From an uncultured Chloroflexia bacterium (GTDB lineage Bacteria > Chloroflexota > Limnocylindria > Limnocylindrales > CSP1-4): a stretch of DNA of 64,000 nucleotides. Each line of letters opens with the position of its first letter. Within the stretch, counting starts at the first letter, position 1. Positions 52,047 to 64,000 of the stretch are shown in pieces. The stretch is from the NCBI GenBank assembly GCA_963734535.1, contig CAVTHS010000010.1, forward strand, positions 128,001 through 192,000, read 5' to 3'. The translations under genes were made by a program, and so were the position numbers. Below the pieces are notes generated by a model that was not told where the DNA came from, did not search any database, and saw nothing but the letters and a program-made list of their open reading frames with translations.

Positions 52047-53057
52047 ATGACGACCCAGGAGCCGGCGCCCAGCCCCCCGACCTCGCCGCGTGCGGCTCCG
52101 TTTCCCTGGGAGGACAGGCCCGCGGGCTCGACAGGCGTGATCTGGCGTTCGTCGCGGAACCCGATCATCGGCCGCGATCATCTGCCGCGATCGAACAGCA
52201 TCTTCAACTCGGCCGTGGTCCCGTACGAGGGCGGGTATGCCGGCGTCTTCCGGGTCGACGACACCACGCGGGCCATGAACATCCACGCGGGCCGGAGCGC
52301 GGATGGCGTGACCTGGCGGATCTCGCCCCAGCCGATCGAGTTCGCGGCGGCGGACGCCCGGGTGCCCGAGATCCAGACCAGGTTCGAGCACGCCTACGAC
52401 CCGCGCGTGACCTGGCTGGAGGACCGCTACTACGTCACGTGGTGCAATGGCTACCACGGCCCCACGATCGGCGTGGGGTACACGCACGACTTCGAGTCGT
52501 TCCACCAGCTCGACAACGCCTTCCTGCCGTTCAACCGCAACGGGGTCCTGTTCCCGCGTCGCATCGGCGGCGCCTACGCCATGCTCAGCCGACCCAGCGA
52601 CAACGGGCACACCCCGTTCGGTGACATCTTCTTCTCGGAGAGCCCCGACCTGGTCCACTGGGGCCGCCATCGCCATGTCATGGCGCCCATCGGGTGGACG
52701 TGGGAGTCCACCAAGATCGGCGCGGGGCCGACGCCGATCGAGACGCCGGAGGGCTGGCTCCTCATCTACCACGGCGTGCTGACGTCCTGCAACGGGTATG
52801 TCTACTCGATGGGCGCGGCGCTGCTCGACCTCGACGAGCCGTGGAAGGTGATCGCGCGCAGCCGGGACTACCTCCTGTCCCCCCAGGTCTCGTACGAGCA
52901 GGTGGGCGATGTCCCCAACGTCGCGTTCCCCTGCGCCGCGCTCGTGGACCAGCCGGCGGACCGGCTGACGATCTACTATGGAGGCGCCGACACGGTGGTA
53001 TGCATGGCCCACGGATCCCTCTCCGGGGTCATCGATTTCGTTCGGTCGCGGTCCTGA
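52047..53057 (+). CDS. GH130 beta-mannoside phosphorylase (beta-1,4-mannooligosaccharide phosphorylase type)
   Basis: [52 protein letters not shown]. Confidence 0.9.
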   Translation: MTTQEPAPSPPTSPRAAPFPWEDRPAGSTGVIWRSSRNPIIGRDHLPRSNSIFNSAVVPYEGGYAGVFRVDDTTRAMNIHAGRSADGVTWRISPQPIEFAAADARVPEIQTRFEHAYDPRVTWLEDRYYVTWCNGYHGPTIGVGYTHDFESFHQLDNAFLPFNRNGVLFPRRIGGAYAMLSRPSDNGHTPFGDIFFSESPDLVHWGRHRHVMAPIGWTWESTKIGAGPTPIETPEGWLLIYHGVLTSCNGYVYSMGAALLDLDEPWKVIARSRDYLLSPQVSYEQVGDVPNVAFPCAALVDQPADRLTIYYGGADTVVCMAHGSLSGVIDFVRSRS

Positions 53058-53083
53058 CCGGCACCCCGCGGTAGAGGTCACCC

Positions 53084-55567
53084 ATGCGCTACGGCCATTT
53101 CGACGACGCCAGGCGCGAGTACGTCATCACGCGCCCGGACACACCGCTGCCGTGGATCAACTACCTCGGCAGCGAGGACTACTTCGGGATCATCTCGAAC
53201 ACCGCCGGCGGGTACTCCTTCTACCGCGATGCCCGGCTCCGGCGGCTGACTCGCTACCGCTACAACAACGCCCCGCTCGACCTCGGCGGCCGGTACGTCT
53301 ACCTCCGCGACGACGCCTCCGGCGACTATTGGAGCCCCAGCTGGCAGCCGACCCAGCGAGACCTCGAGGACTACACCTGCCGTCACGGCCTGGGCTACTC
53401 CGTCATCTCGTCGCGCTTCCTGGGAATCCGGGCGGAGACGCTCTACTTCGTTCCCGCGGGGGAGACCCTCGAGGTCTGGCGGGTTCGGGTCACGAACGAG
53501 CGGCCCGTTCCGGCGACGCTTTCCCTGTTCAGCTCCGTCGAGTTCTGCCTCTGGGATGCCCAGGACGACGCCACCAACTTCCAGCGCAACTACTCGGTGG
53601 GCGAGGTGGAGGTCGAGGACGGCGTCATCTACCACAAGACCGAGTACCGCGAACGGCGCAACCACTTCGCGTTCTTCGCCTGCTCCGAGCCGCTGGCCGG
53701 CTTCGACACGCAGCGGGACGCATTCCTCGGGCCGTACCGGAGCTGGGACCGTCCGATTGCCGTCGAGCGGGGATTCGCCTCCAACTCGATCGCCCACGGG
53801 TGGCAGCCATCGGGCTCGCACCACGTCCGTCTCGAGCTGCACCCGGGAGAGACCAGGGAGATCGTCTTCCTCCTGGGCTACGCGGAGAACCCCGCGGACG
53901 CCAAGTTCGATCCTCCCGGGTCGCAGACGATCGACAAGCGGCGCGTCCGGCCGACGATCACCCGGTACCTCCAACCCGACGTGGTCGGCGACGCGTTCGA
54001 GGCGCTCCGATCGCGGTGGACCGACCTCCTCGGGATCTGCCGGGCGGAGACCGGCAACGAGCACGTGGACCGGATGCTCAACATCTGGAACCCGTACCAG
54101 TGCATGGTCACGTTCAACATGTCCCGCTCCGCGTCGCTGTTCGAGTCGGGCATCGGCCGTGGAATGGGGTTTCGCGACACGAGCCAGGACCTGCTGGGCT
54201 TCGTCCACCTCGTGCCCGCCCGGGCGCGCGAGCGGCTCCTCGACGTCGCCTCGACGCAGCTGCCGACCGGTGGGGCGTACCACCAGTACCAGCCGCTCAC
54301 CAAGCGCGGCAACAACGACATCGGGTCCGGGTTCAACGATGACCCCGCGTGGCTCGTGCTCTCCGTCGCGGCATACCTCAAGGAGACCGGCGATGCGTCG
54401 ATCCTCGACGAGGCGCTGCCGTTCGACAACGAGCCGGGAACCGAGCGCCCGCTCTACGAGCATCTCCAGCGGTCGATCCAGTACACGCTCGACCGCCTCG
54501 GCCCGCACGGCCTGCCGCTCATCGGCCGCGCCGACTGGAACGACTGCCTCAACCTGAACTGCTTCTCGGAGACGCCCGGCGAATCCTTCCAGACCACCGA
54601 GAACCGAAGCGGAGGGGTCGCCGAATCGGTCTTCATCGCGGCCCTGTTCGTGGTGGCCGCTGGCGAGCTCGCCGCGATCGCCGCGCTCCGCGGCGATGCC
54701 GCCGAGGCCGCCCGTTCCCGTGCCGTTGCCTCGGAGATGCGCCGGGCGGTCGATCAGCACGGCTGGGACGGCGCCTGGTTCCGGCGCGCCTACGACTTCC
54801 TGGGCCGGCCCGTCGGGTCCGCGGAGAACGACGAGGGCCAGATCTTCATCGAGCCCCAGGGCATGTGCGTCCTGGCCGGCATCGGGATCGACGATGGGCG
54901 GGCACGGACCGCGCTCGATTCCGTCCGCGAGCGGCTGGCGACCCCGCATGGGATCGTGCTGCTCCAGCCCGCCTTCACCCGGTATCACCTGCACCTGGGC
55001 GAGATCTCCACCTACCCGGGTGGATACAAGGAGAACGCAGGCGTCTTCTGCCACACGAACCCCTGGGTGATGATCGGCGAGACCCGGGTCGGGAACGGCG
55101 ATGCGGCCCTGGACTACTACCTCCGGATCAACCCGTCGGCGCGGGAGGACCTCTCGGAGACGCACCGTGGCGAGCCCTACGTCTACGCCCAGATGATCGC
55201 GGGAGGGGACGCGGCGACTCCCGGCGAGGCGAAGAACACCTGGCTGACGGGGACCGCGGCCTGGAACTTCGTCGCGATCAGCCAGTGGATCCTGGGCATC
55301 CGGCCCGAGCACGACGGCCTGCGCATCGATCCGTGCGTGCCCGTGGCGTGGGGCGACTTCACGGCCACACGACGCTTCCGGGGAGCGACATACCGGATCG
55401 CCGTCCGGAAGCGGCCGGGCACGTCCGGCCGCGTGAGCCGGCTCCGCGTCGACGGTCGGACGATGGAGGGCAACCTGGTCCCGCTGCCGTCCTCGACCGG
55501 GGCCGTGATCGAGGTGGAGGCCTTCGTCGACGCGCCCGTGGAGGATGTCGTCGAGGCGACCCCGTGA
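53084..55567 (+). CDS. GH94 cellobiose phosphorylase
   Basis: YGHFDD...PLPWINYLG, ESGIGRGMGFRDTSQD, GRADWNDCLNLNCFS.TPGESFQT, KENAGVFCH, WLTGTAAW. Confidence 0.92.
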   Translation: MRYGHFDDARREYVITRPDTPLPWINYLGSEDYFGIISNTAGGYSFYRDARLRRLTRYRYNNAPLDLGGRYVYLRDDASGDYWSPSWQPTQRDLEDYTCRHGLGYSVISSRFLGIRAETLYFVPAGETLEVWRVRVTNERPVPATLSLFSSVEFCLWDAQDDATNFQRNYSVGEVEVEDGVIYHKTEYRERRNHFAFFACSEPLAGFDTQRDAFLGPYRSWDRPIAVERGFASNSIAHGWQPSGSHHVRLELHPGETREIVFLLGYAENPADAKFDPPGSQTIDKRRVRPTITRYLQPDVVGDAFEALRSRWTDLLGICRAETGNEHVDRMLNIWNPYQCMVTFNMSRSASLFESGIGRGMGFRDTSQDLLGFVHLVPARARERLLDVASTQLPTGGAYHQYQPLTKRGNNDIGSGFNDDPAWLVLSVAAYLKETGDASILDEALPFDNEPGTERPLYEHLQRSIQYTLDRLGPHGLPLIGRADWNDCLNLNCFSETPGESFQTTENRSGGVAESVFIAALFVVAAGELAAIAALRGDAAEAARSRAVASEMRRAVDQHGWDGAWFRRAYDFLGRPVGSAENDEGQIFIEPQGMCVLAGIGIDDGRARTALDSVRERLATPHGIVLLQPAFTRYHLHLGEISTYPGGYKENAGVFCHTNPWVMIGETRVGNGDAALDYYLRINPSAREDLSETHRGEPYVYAQMIAGGDAATPGEAKNTWLTGTAAWNFVAISQWILGIRPEHDGLRIDPCVPVAWGDFTATRRFRGATYRIAVRKRPGTSGRVSRLRVDGRTMEGNLVPLPSSTGAVIEVEAFVDAPVEDVVEATP

Positions 55568-57963
55568 GATCGGTCGCGGAGCCGCCGGCGGTCTCCCCGT
55601 ACGGGCACCTCGACGCCACGACCCACGAATACGTGATCCGCCGGCCCGACACGCCGACGCCCTGGATCAACTACCTGGGGCAGGGCGGTTACGGCGGGAT
55701 CATCTCGAACACCGCGGGCGGCTTCTCGTTCGACCGCGATCCTCGCGAGCGCCGCGCCACCCGCTACCGCTACAACGCCATCCCGGCCGACCAGCCGGGA
55801 CGCTACGTCTACCTGCGGGACCAGGCGACCGGGCGGTTCTGGAGCCCCACCTGGCAACCCGTCAAGGCAGACGTGGAGGACTACGAGTGCCGGCACGGGC
55901 CCGGCTACACGCGGATCCGGAGCTCGTTCGACGGGATCGAGAGCCAGCTCCTGTACTTCGTCCCACCGGGCGCCGGCCACGCGGCCTGCCCGTGCGAGCT
56001 GTGGGTCGTGCGGATCCGGAACACGGGCCGGCAGGCCCGCCGAATCCGCACGTTCTCGTACGCCGAGTTCGGCTACTTCGACAGCCCCAGCGATCAGCAG
56101 AACCTGGACTGGTCGCAGCACATCATGTCGAGCCGGCGCGAGGGAAACGCCGTCCTCGCGTCCACGCGATTCCGCGCGACGACCACGTTCCTCGGGGCCA
56201 GCCAGCCGCCCGTGGGCTGGACCGGCGATCGGGACGACTTCGTGGGCCGCTGCCGCGATCTCGCGGCGCCGATCGTCGTCGAGACGGGCGAGCCGACGAA
56301 CGCCGGTTCGCCGCGCGGCAACTCGATCGGCTCGCTGTCCCACGACCTCGACCTCGGGCCGGGCGAGGAACGGCGCCTCGTCTACGTCCTCGGCATCACC
56401 GATCACCCCGAACAGATCGCAGCCGTGGTCGCGCGCTACGCCGATGGATCGGAGGTTGACCGGGCCTTCGACGACCTGCGCGCCGACTGGAGCGCGTACC
56501 TGGGACGCTTCACGGTTGTCACGCCCGACCTCGAGATCACCGAGATGCTCAACGCCTGGAACCAGGTCCAGTGCCGGACGACGCTCAACTGGTCGCGCTT
56601 CGTCTCCGGCTACGAGACGGGGCTGGGCCGCGGCATGGGAACCCGGGACTCCGCCCAGGACACGCTCGGGACGATGCACAGCCTGCCGGCGCAGGCCCGC
56701 ACGACGCTCACGCGCACGTGGGCGCTCCAGTTCCGCGACGGTCACACCTGGCACCAGGTATTCCCGCTCACCGGCGAGGGCGGCCCGGGGCTCGCCGCGG
56801 AGTTCCCCGCCTGGCCCCAGTGGTTCTCCGACGACCACCTCTGGCTGGTCCTCGCGACGTGCGCGTACCTGCGCGAGACCGGCGATCTCGCCTATCTCGA
56901 TGACCGGGTCGCGTGGGCCGACGGCGACGAAGCGACGATCTGGACGCACATGCACCGGGCGATCGAGTTCACCCTGGCGAACCGCGGCCCCCACGGCCTC
57001 CCCCGGGCGGGCTTCGCCGATTGGGACGACACGCTCAACATCGACCATGGGTCCGGCAAGGCCGAGAGCACCTGGAGCGCGATGCTCTTCTGCCGCACCG
57101 TCCTGGACCTCGCGGACGTGTGCGGGCACGCGGGCCGGCCCACGGAGGCCGCCCACCTCGGAGACCTTCATGCCGAGATGGCCCGGATCGTCAACGCGGT
57201 CGCCTGGGACGGGGCGTGGTACGCCCGGGCGTTCGACGACGACGGCATCCCCATCGGGGTCTCGGCCGAGGAGCGCCATCGCATCAACCTGATCCCGCAG
57301 ACCTGGTCCGTCATCGGCGAGGTCGCTCCGCGCGACCGTGCGGAACGGGCACTGGCATCCGCGGACGAGCTCCTCGCGACGCCGTTCGGGACCGCGCTCC
57401 TGTGGCCCCCATACGACGGCGGCGACGAGCGCGTCCGGGGCACGGCCACCTACCCGCCGGGCGCCAAGGAGAACGGCGGCATCTTCTGCCACGCCAATGC
57501 ATGGCTCGTCATCGCCGCAGCCATGCTCGGCCGTGGCGATGACGCCGTTCGCCACCACCGGCGGATCCTGCCCCTGGCCCAGGCCGGCGTGGACCGGTAC
57601 CGGGCAGAGCCCTACGTCTACTCCCAGAACATCTGCGGGCCGGCCCATCCGCAGTTCGGCATGGCCCGCAACGCGTGGCTCACGGGGACGGCCGCCTGGG
57701 CGTTCGTCGCAGCCACCCAGTGGGTCCTGGGGATCCGGCCGACCTTCGAGGGCCTGATGATCGCCCCCGCGATCCCGGCATCCTGGCCCGGCTTCGAGGC
57801 GCACCGCGCGTTCCGCGGCGTGAGCTACGAGATCCGCACGCGGCGAGATGGCCCCGGAAACGCCGTGTCGCTGCTCGTGGACGGCCGGCCCATCGAGGGA
57901 TCCGTCGTCCCACTGCCGGCGCCCGGCACGAGCCTCGTCAGGGTCGACGTCGCCCTGCGCTGA
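55564..57963 (+). CDS. Divergent GH94 glycoside phosphorylase (specificity unknown)
   Basis: PTPWINYLG, WSRFVSGYETGLGRGMGTRDSAQD, GFADWDDTLN, KENGGIFCH, WLTGTAAW; GTGA overlap with the previous gene. Confidence 0.9.
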   Translation: MRSVAEPPAVSPYGHLDATTHEYVIRRPDTPTPWINYLGQGGYGGIISNTAGGFSFDRDPRERRATRYRYNAIPADQPGRYVYLRDQATGRFWSPTWQPVKADVEDYECRHGPGYTRIRSSFDGIESQLLYFVPPGAGHAACPCELWVVRIRNTGRQARRIRTFSYAEFGYFDSPSDQQNLDWSQHIMSSRREGNAVLASTRFRATTTFLGASQPPVGWTGDRDDFVGRCRDLAAPIVVETGEPTNAGSPRGNSIGSLSHDLDLGPGEERRLVYVLGITDHPEQIAAVVARYADGSEVDRAFDDLRADWSAYLGRFTVVTPDLEITEMLNAWNQVQCRTTLNWSRFVSGYETGLGRGMGTRDSAQDTLGTMHSLPAQARTTLTRTWALQFRDGHTWHQVFPLTGEGGPGLAAEFPAWPQWFSDDHLWLVLATCAYLRETGDLAYLDDRVAWADGDEATIWTHMHRAIEFTLANRGPHGLPRAGFADWDDTLNIDHGSGKAESTWSAMLFCRTVLDLADVCGHAGRPTEAAHLGDLHAEMARIVNAVAWDGAWYARAFDDDGIPIGVSAEERHRINLIPQTWSVIGEVAPRDRAERALASADELLATPFGTALLWPPYDGGDERVRGTATYPPGAKENGGIFCHANAWLVIAAAMLGRGDDAVRHHRRILPLAQAGVDRYRAEPYVYSQNICGPAHPQFGMARNAWLTGTAAWAFVAATQWVLGIRPTFEGLMIAPAIPASWPGFEAHRAFRGVSYEIRTRRDGPGNAVSLLVDGRPIEGSVVPLPAPGTSLVRVDVALR

Positions 57964-58135
57964 GCGCGCGGCGGGTGCGCGCTCACGCGACTCCGCCCGC
58001 AGGGCCGTCTGCGCGCAGGCCACGCCGGGCGCCCTGCGAAGGTCCACTATGCGCGCATCTGGAGCGCTGCCGGCCACGCGATCGATAACGGCCGCAGCCT
58101 CACGTGAGACCTTTCCGCTTCAGAAGGTGCCAACG

Positions 58136-59065
58136 GTGTCACCGGACGTCTCCCTGGACGACGGATTCCTGTTTCGCTCCCTGATGGAGACGATGGTCGA
58201 CAGCATCTATTTCAAGGATCGCCAGTGCCGGCTCGTGCGCGTGAACCGGAAGATGGCGCTGGACCTCGGACGCGCCGATCCGGCGGAGCTCATCGGCAGG
58301 ACCGATATCGAGCTGTTCGGCCGGGAGTTCGGCGAGATCACCATGGTCGACGACTCGAGGATCATGGAAACGGACGAGCCGATCATCGGCCTGACGGAAA
58401 GCCGCCGGCTCGAGAGCGGGCAGGTCAACTGGACGCTGACCACCAAGACGCCGCTGCACGACGCGGCGGGCAATGTCGTGGGGCTTCTCGGCATCACGCG
58501 GGAGATCAACGAGCTCAAGCGGGCCGAGATCACCCTCGAGCACCTCGCCACGCACGACACGTTGACCGGGCTGCCGAATCGCTATCTCATGTTCGACCGC
58601 CTGAACCAGCTCCTGGTGCGGGCCGCGCGGTACGAGACGAGCTTCGCGATCCTCTTCATCGACCTCGACGGCTTCAAGCGGATCAACGATTCTCGGGGGC
58701 ATGACGTGGGCGACCTGGTGCTCCGCGGGGTTGCAGAGAGGCTTACCCAGAGCCTTCGAGCCGCCGACACGGTCGCCCGCATCGGCGGCGACGAGTTCGT
58801 GATCCTGCTCGAGTCGCTCCGGGCGGGCGCTGATGCGATCGCGCTCGCCGACAGAATCTGCTCGGCCGTGGGCGCGCCATTCGCGTTGCCGGGCGGCGAC
58901 GCGACGGTCACGGTCAGCATCGGAATCGGCCTCTATCCGGACGATGGCCGCGACGCGGAGGAGCTGCTCAAGGCCGCCGACGTGGCGATGTACCGAGCCA
59001 AGAGAGAGATCGCCGCGCCCGCCCCGCCTCGTCCATCCGGCACGCCGGGTTCGCGCTCCGGCTAG
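58136..59065 (+). CDS. PAS-domain diguanylate cyclase
   Basis: PAS/PAC (IYFKD...GLLGITREI), HDTLTGLPNR, DLDGFKRIND, RAAD I-site and GGDEF; start uncertain. Confidence 0.9.
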   Translation: MSPDVSLDDGFLFRSLMETMVDSIYFKDRQCRLVRVNRKMALDLGRADPAELIGRTDIELFGREFGEITMVDDSRIMETDEPIIGLTESRRLESGQVNWTLTTKTPLHDAAGNVVGLLGITREINELKRAEITLEHLATHDTLTGLPNRYLMFDRLNQLLVRAARYETSFAILFIDLDGFKRINDSRGHDVGDLVLRGVAERLTQSLRAADTVARIGGDEFVILLESLRAGADAIALADRICSAVGAPFALPGGDATVTVSIGIGLYPDDGRDAEELLKAADVAMYRAKREIAAPAPPRPSGTPGSRSG

Positions 59066-59077
59066 GCAGCGAGCGCG

Positions 59078-60289
59078 CTACCCATCCGTGGAGGTCGCTG
59101 CCCGGCGAGCGACGAACCGGCCGATCCGCGCCAGCGCCTCCTCGAGCTTCTCGTAGCTGGTCGCGTAGCACATCCTGACATGGCCCGCGCCGGACGGGCC
59201 GAAGGCGCTCCCCGGGACCGCCGCCACGTGCTCCTCGGCGATGAGTCGCTCGACGAAGCTCTCGTCGTCCAGCCCGGTCGAGGTGATGCGCGGGAACGCG
59301 TAGAAGGCGCCGCGCGGCTCGAACGTCTCGAGGCCCAGCCCGTTGAGCCCGTCGACGAGGAGCCGGCGGCGGCGGTCGTATTCCGCGCGCATCGTCTCGA
59401 CGTCGCCGTCGGCGGTCGTGATCGCGACCAGCGCCGCATCCTGGGCGGTGGTCGGGGCGGACATGATCCCGTACTGGTGGACCTTGACGATCCCCTCGAG
59501 GATCCCGGCGGGCGCGCACGCATACCCGACCCGCCAGCCGGTCATCGCGTAGGCCTTCGAGAAGCCGCCCATCAGGATGGTCCGCTCGCGCATGCCCGGC
59601 AGGGCGCTCATCGCCCGGTGCCGGTAGTCGCCGTAGGCGAGGCGGTCGTAGATCTCGTCGGAGTAGACGAGCAGGTCGTGGCGGACCGCGATTGCCGCCA
59701 GCTCGTCCTGGACGGCCACCGGGAGGACGGCGCCGGTCGGGTTGCAGGGGTACCCGAGGAAGAGAGCCTTCGTCGCCGGCGTGATCGCGGCCTCCACGGC
59801 GGCGGGATCGAGCGCGAAGTCGTCCTCGAAGCGGGTGGCGACGTGGCGCACGACGCCGCCCGCGAAGACGACCGCCGGCACGTACGCGACGTACGACGGC
59901 TCGTGGAGGATCACCTCGTCGCCTGGATCGATCGTGGCCCGGAGCGCGAGGTCGACCGCCTCGGACGCCCCCACGGTCACCAGGATCTCCGACGTCGGGT
60001 CGTAGCGGACACCGTAGCGGCGAGCCAGGTGGTCGGAGATCGCGACGCGCAGCTCGAGCGTCCCGTAGTTCGAGGTGTAGTGCGTCCGCTCGGCGCGGAG
60101 CGACGCGATCCCGGCCTCGATGACCTGGACGGGTGTCGCGAAGTCCGGCTCCCCCACCCCGAGGCTGATCACGTCCTCCATCGTCGCCGCGATGTCGAAG
60201 AAGCGACGGATGCCCGAGGGCGGCACGGCGCGGACGCGCGCCGAGAGGGCACGCTCCGCGAGCGGACGGCGCAGCTCGGTCGGTGTCAT
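59078..60289 (-). CDS. Class I/II PLP-dependent aminotransferase
   Basis: [44 protein letters not shown]. Confidence 0.95.
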   Translation of the reverse strand: MTPTELRRPLAERALSARVRAVPPSGIRRFFDIAATMEDVISLGVGEPDFATPVQVIEAGIASLRAERTHYTSNYGTLELRVAISDHLARRYGVRYDPTSEILVTVGASEAVDLALRATIDPGDEVILHEPSYVAYVPAVVFAGGVVRHVATRFEDDFALDPAAVEAAITPATKALFLGYPCNPTGAVLPVAVQDELAAIAVRHDLLVYSDEIYDRLAYGDYRHRAMSALPGMRERTILMGGFSKAYAMTGWRVGYACAPAGILEGIVKVHQYGIMSAPTTAQDAALVAITTADGDVETMRAEYDRRRRLLVDGLNGLGLETFEPRGAFYAFPRITSTGLDDESFVERLIAEEHVAAVPGSAFGPSGAGHVRMCYATSYEKLEEALARIGRFVARRAATSTDG

Positions 60290-61842
60290 CGGACCGCCTC
60301 CACGGGCTCCCGGAGGGCGGCAAGGCCCGCAGGCTCCCGGCCCCGCCACGGCGCGTCGGCGGTGATCGCCTCGTAGGCGCGCGCGAGGCGCAGGAGCGCC
60401 AGCTCGCTCCACGCCGGACCGATCAGCTGGAGCCCGACGGGAAGCCCGTCGGAGAGCCCGGCCGGGATGCTCATGCCGGGCAGACCGGCCATGTTGACCG
60501 GCAGCGTGCAGGCATCGGAGAGGTACATCGCCACCGGATCCTCCATCTTTGCCCCCAGCGGCCAGGCAACCGACGGGCTGGTCGGGGCAACAAGGGCATC
60601 GATCCCGGCCCCGAAGGCGGCGTCGAAGTCGGCCTTGATGAGCGTCCGGACCTTCTGCGCCTTCAGGTAGAACGCGTCGTAGTAGCCGGCCGAGAGCGCG
60701 TACGTGCCGAGCATGATCCGGCGCTTCACCTCGGCGCCGAAGCCGGATCCGCGGGTCGCGAGGTAGTTGGCCAGCACGTCCCCGTCGCGGACGGCGCGGC
60801 CGAAGCGGATCCCGTCGTAGCGCGCGAGGTTCGCGGACGCCTCTGCCGGCGCGACGATGTAGTAGGTCGCCAGCCCGTACTCCGTGTGGGGGAGGCTGAC
60901 GTCCACGATCTCGGCGCCCGCAGCTGCGAGGGCGGCCACCGCCTCCCGGATCCGCGCCTCGACACCGGGCTCCATGCCCGCCACGAAGTACTCCCGCGGA
61001 AGGCCCAGGCGAAGGCCGCGAAGATGGCCGGCCGCCTCGTCGTCGCCCGCCGCGAGGTGGAGCAGCTCGTCCGGGACCGGGCGCGGCGCGGAGGTCGAGT
61101 CGCGCTCGTCGCGGCCCGCCACCGCGTGGAGCAGCATGGCCGCGTCGCGGGCGTCGCGCCCGAACGGCCCGATCTGGTCGAGCGAGGAGGCGAAGGCGAC
61201 GATCCCGTAGCGGCTGACCCGCCCATAGGTCGGCTTGAGCCCCACGATTCCCGTCATGGACGCGGGCTGGCGGATGGAGCCGCCCGTGTCCGTGCCCAGG
61301 CTCAGGGGCACGTGCCCGGCGGCAACGCTCGCCGCGGACCCGCCGGAGCTGCCCCCGGGAACGCGACCCAGGTCCCAGGGGTTGGCGACCGGCCCGTAGG
61401 CGGAGTGCTCCGTCGACGAGCCCATCGCGAACTCGTCCATGTTGAGCTTGCCCAGGATCACCGCACCCGCGTCGCGCAGCCGCTCGGTGACGTGGGCGTC
61501 GTACGGGGCGATGTACCCTGCCAGGATCTTCGAGCCGGCCGTGCACTGGCCGCCGCGAACCGAGACGAGGTCCTTGAGGCCGACCGGCACGCCGCACAGC
61601 GGATGCAGCACGGTCAGCGCGGCGGCTCCCTCCGCGCGGGCCACCGCCAGCCGGGCGTCCGCGTCGTCGGCCGCGGCCCGTGCGCCGGCCGCGTCGATGA
61701 CGAGCCATGCGTTGAGGGCGGGATTCTCACGCTCGGCGAGGGCCAGGTGCGCCTCCACGAGCTCACGGGACGAGAGGTCGCCGGCACGCAGCCGGTCGCT
61801 CATGGCGGCCGCCGTCAGGCGCGTCAGGCCGGGATCCGTCAT
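60286..61842 (-). CDS. gatA: Asp/Glu-tRNA amidotransferase subunit A
   Basis: [54 protein letters not shown]. Confidence 0.97.
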   Translation of the reverse strand: MTDPGLTRLTAAAMSDRLRAGDLSSRELVEAHLALAERENPALNAWLVIDAAGARAAADDADARLAVARAEGAAALTVLHPLCGVPVGLKDLVSVRGGQCTAGSKILAGYIAPYDAHVTERLRDAGAVILGKLNMDEFAMGSSTEHSAYGPVANPWDLGRVPGGSSGGSAASVAAGHVPLSLGTDTGGSIRQPASMTGIVGLKPTYGRVSRYGIVAFASSLDQIGPFGRDARDAAMLLHAVAGRDERDSTSAPRPVPDELLHLAAGDDEAAGHLRGLRLGLPREYFVAGMEPGVEARIREAVAALAAAGAEIVDVSLPHTEYGLATYYIVAPAEASANLARYDGIRFGRAVRDGDVLANYLATRGSGFGAEVKRRIMLGTYALSAGYYDAFYLKAQKVRTLIKADFDAAFGAGIDALVAPTSPSVAWPLGAKMEDPVAMYLSDACTLPVNMAGLPGMSIPAGLSDGLPVGLQLIGPAWSELALLRLARAYEAITADAPWRGREPAGLAALREPVEAVR

Positions 61843-61849
61843 GCGAGGC

Positions 61850-62146
61850 TCAGTCCCCGCCGAGGATGGCCGGCACCACGACGTAGCTGCCGTCCCGTCT
61901 CGGGGCGTTGGCGAGCGCCTCGGCCTGCGAGAGCGAGGGCCGCGACACATCCTCGCGGAGGATGTTCTCCAGCTCGATCGTCTGGGCCGTCGGCGGGATG
62001 GCGTCCGTGTCGAGGCGGGCCAGCACCGCGTACTGCTCCAGGATGTGGTTCAGCTGGACCTCGAGCCGCGCGAGCTCGTCCTCGACGAGGCCCAGCCGCG
62101 CCAGGTGCGCCACGTGCTCGACGTCCGCGCGCGAAAGCGTTGCCAT
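61850..62146 (-). CDS. gatC: Asp/Glu-tRNA amidotransferase subunit C
   Basis: [10 protein letters not shown]...ILREDV...ALANAP...VVPAIL; directly upstream of gatA. Confidence 0.95.
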   Translation of the reverse strand: MATLSRADVEHVAHLARLGLVEDELARLEVQLNHILEQYAVLARLDTDAIPPTAQTIELENILREDVSRPSLSQAEALANAPRRDGSYVVVPAILGGD

Positions 62147-62173
62147 GCGGCCGATGATAACGGACGGGCAGCG

Positions 62174-64000
<1,827 letters not shown>

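Overview
Very GC-rich bacterial chromosome segment. Gene style and content suggest Chloroflexota, possibly Limnocylindria/Ellin6529-like (inference). A minus-strand housekeeping backbone carries ligA (partial), gatCA...gatB, dnaE, polA, mutM, ABC-F, coaE, uvrB and uvrA. It is interrupted by accessory blocks: a partial Tad/Flp pilus module (2x TadE, TadG-like, CpaB); an ECF sigma/anti-sigma pair; tRNA-Leu(CAA); an MtrA/MtrB/GerMN-like triad; a BMP-type nucleoside ABC transporter plus a cytochrome P450; and a ~15.5 kb LacI-controlled phosphorolytic beta-oligosaccharide locus (Opp-type ABC, GH1, GH130, two GH94, PAS-GGDEF) lying between gatA and gatB. Regulatory signals read directly from the sequence: identically spaced LexA-like boxes at uvrA and uvrB, a perfect 16-bp LacI operator next to a near-consensus promoter, and many apparently leaderless genes. 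polA shows about 5 frameshifts; the mutM tail and a TerB-like gene are also broken, most likely by assembly indels. No CRISPR array, integrase, transposase or rRNA was seen. The best candidate for an undescribed system is the sugar locus with its divergent second GH94.
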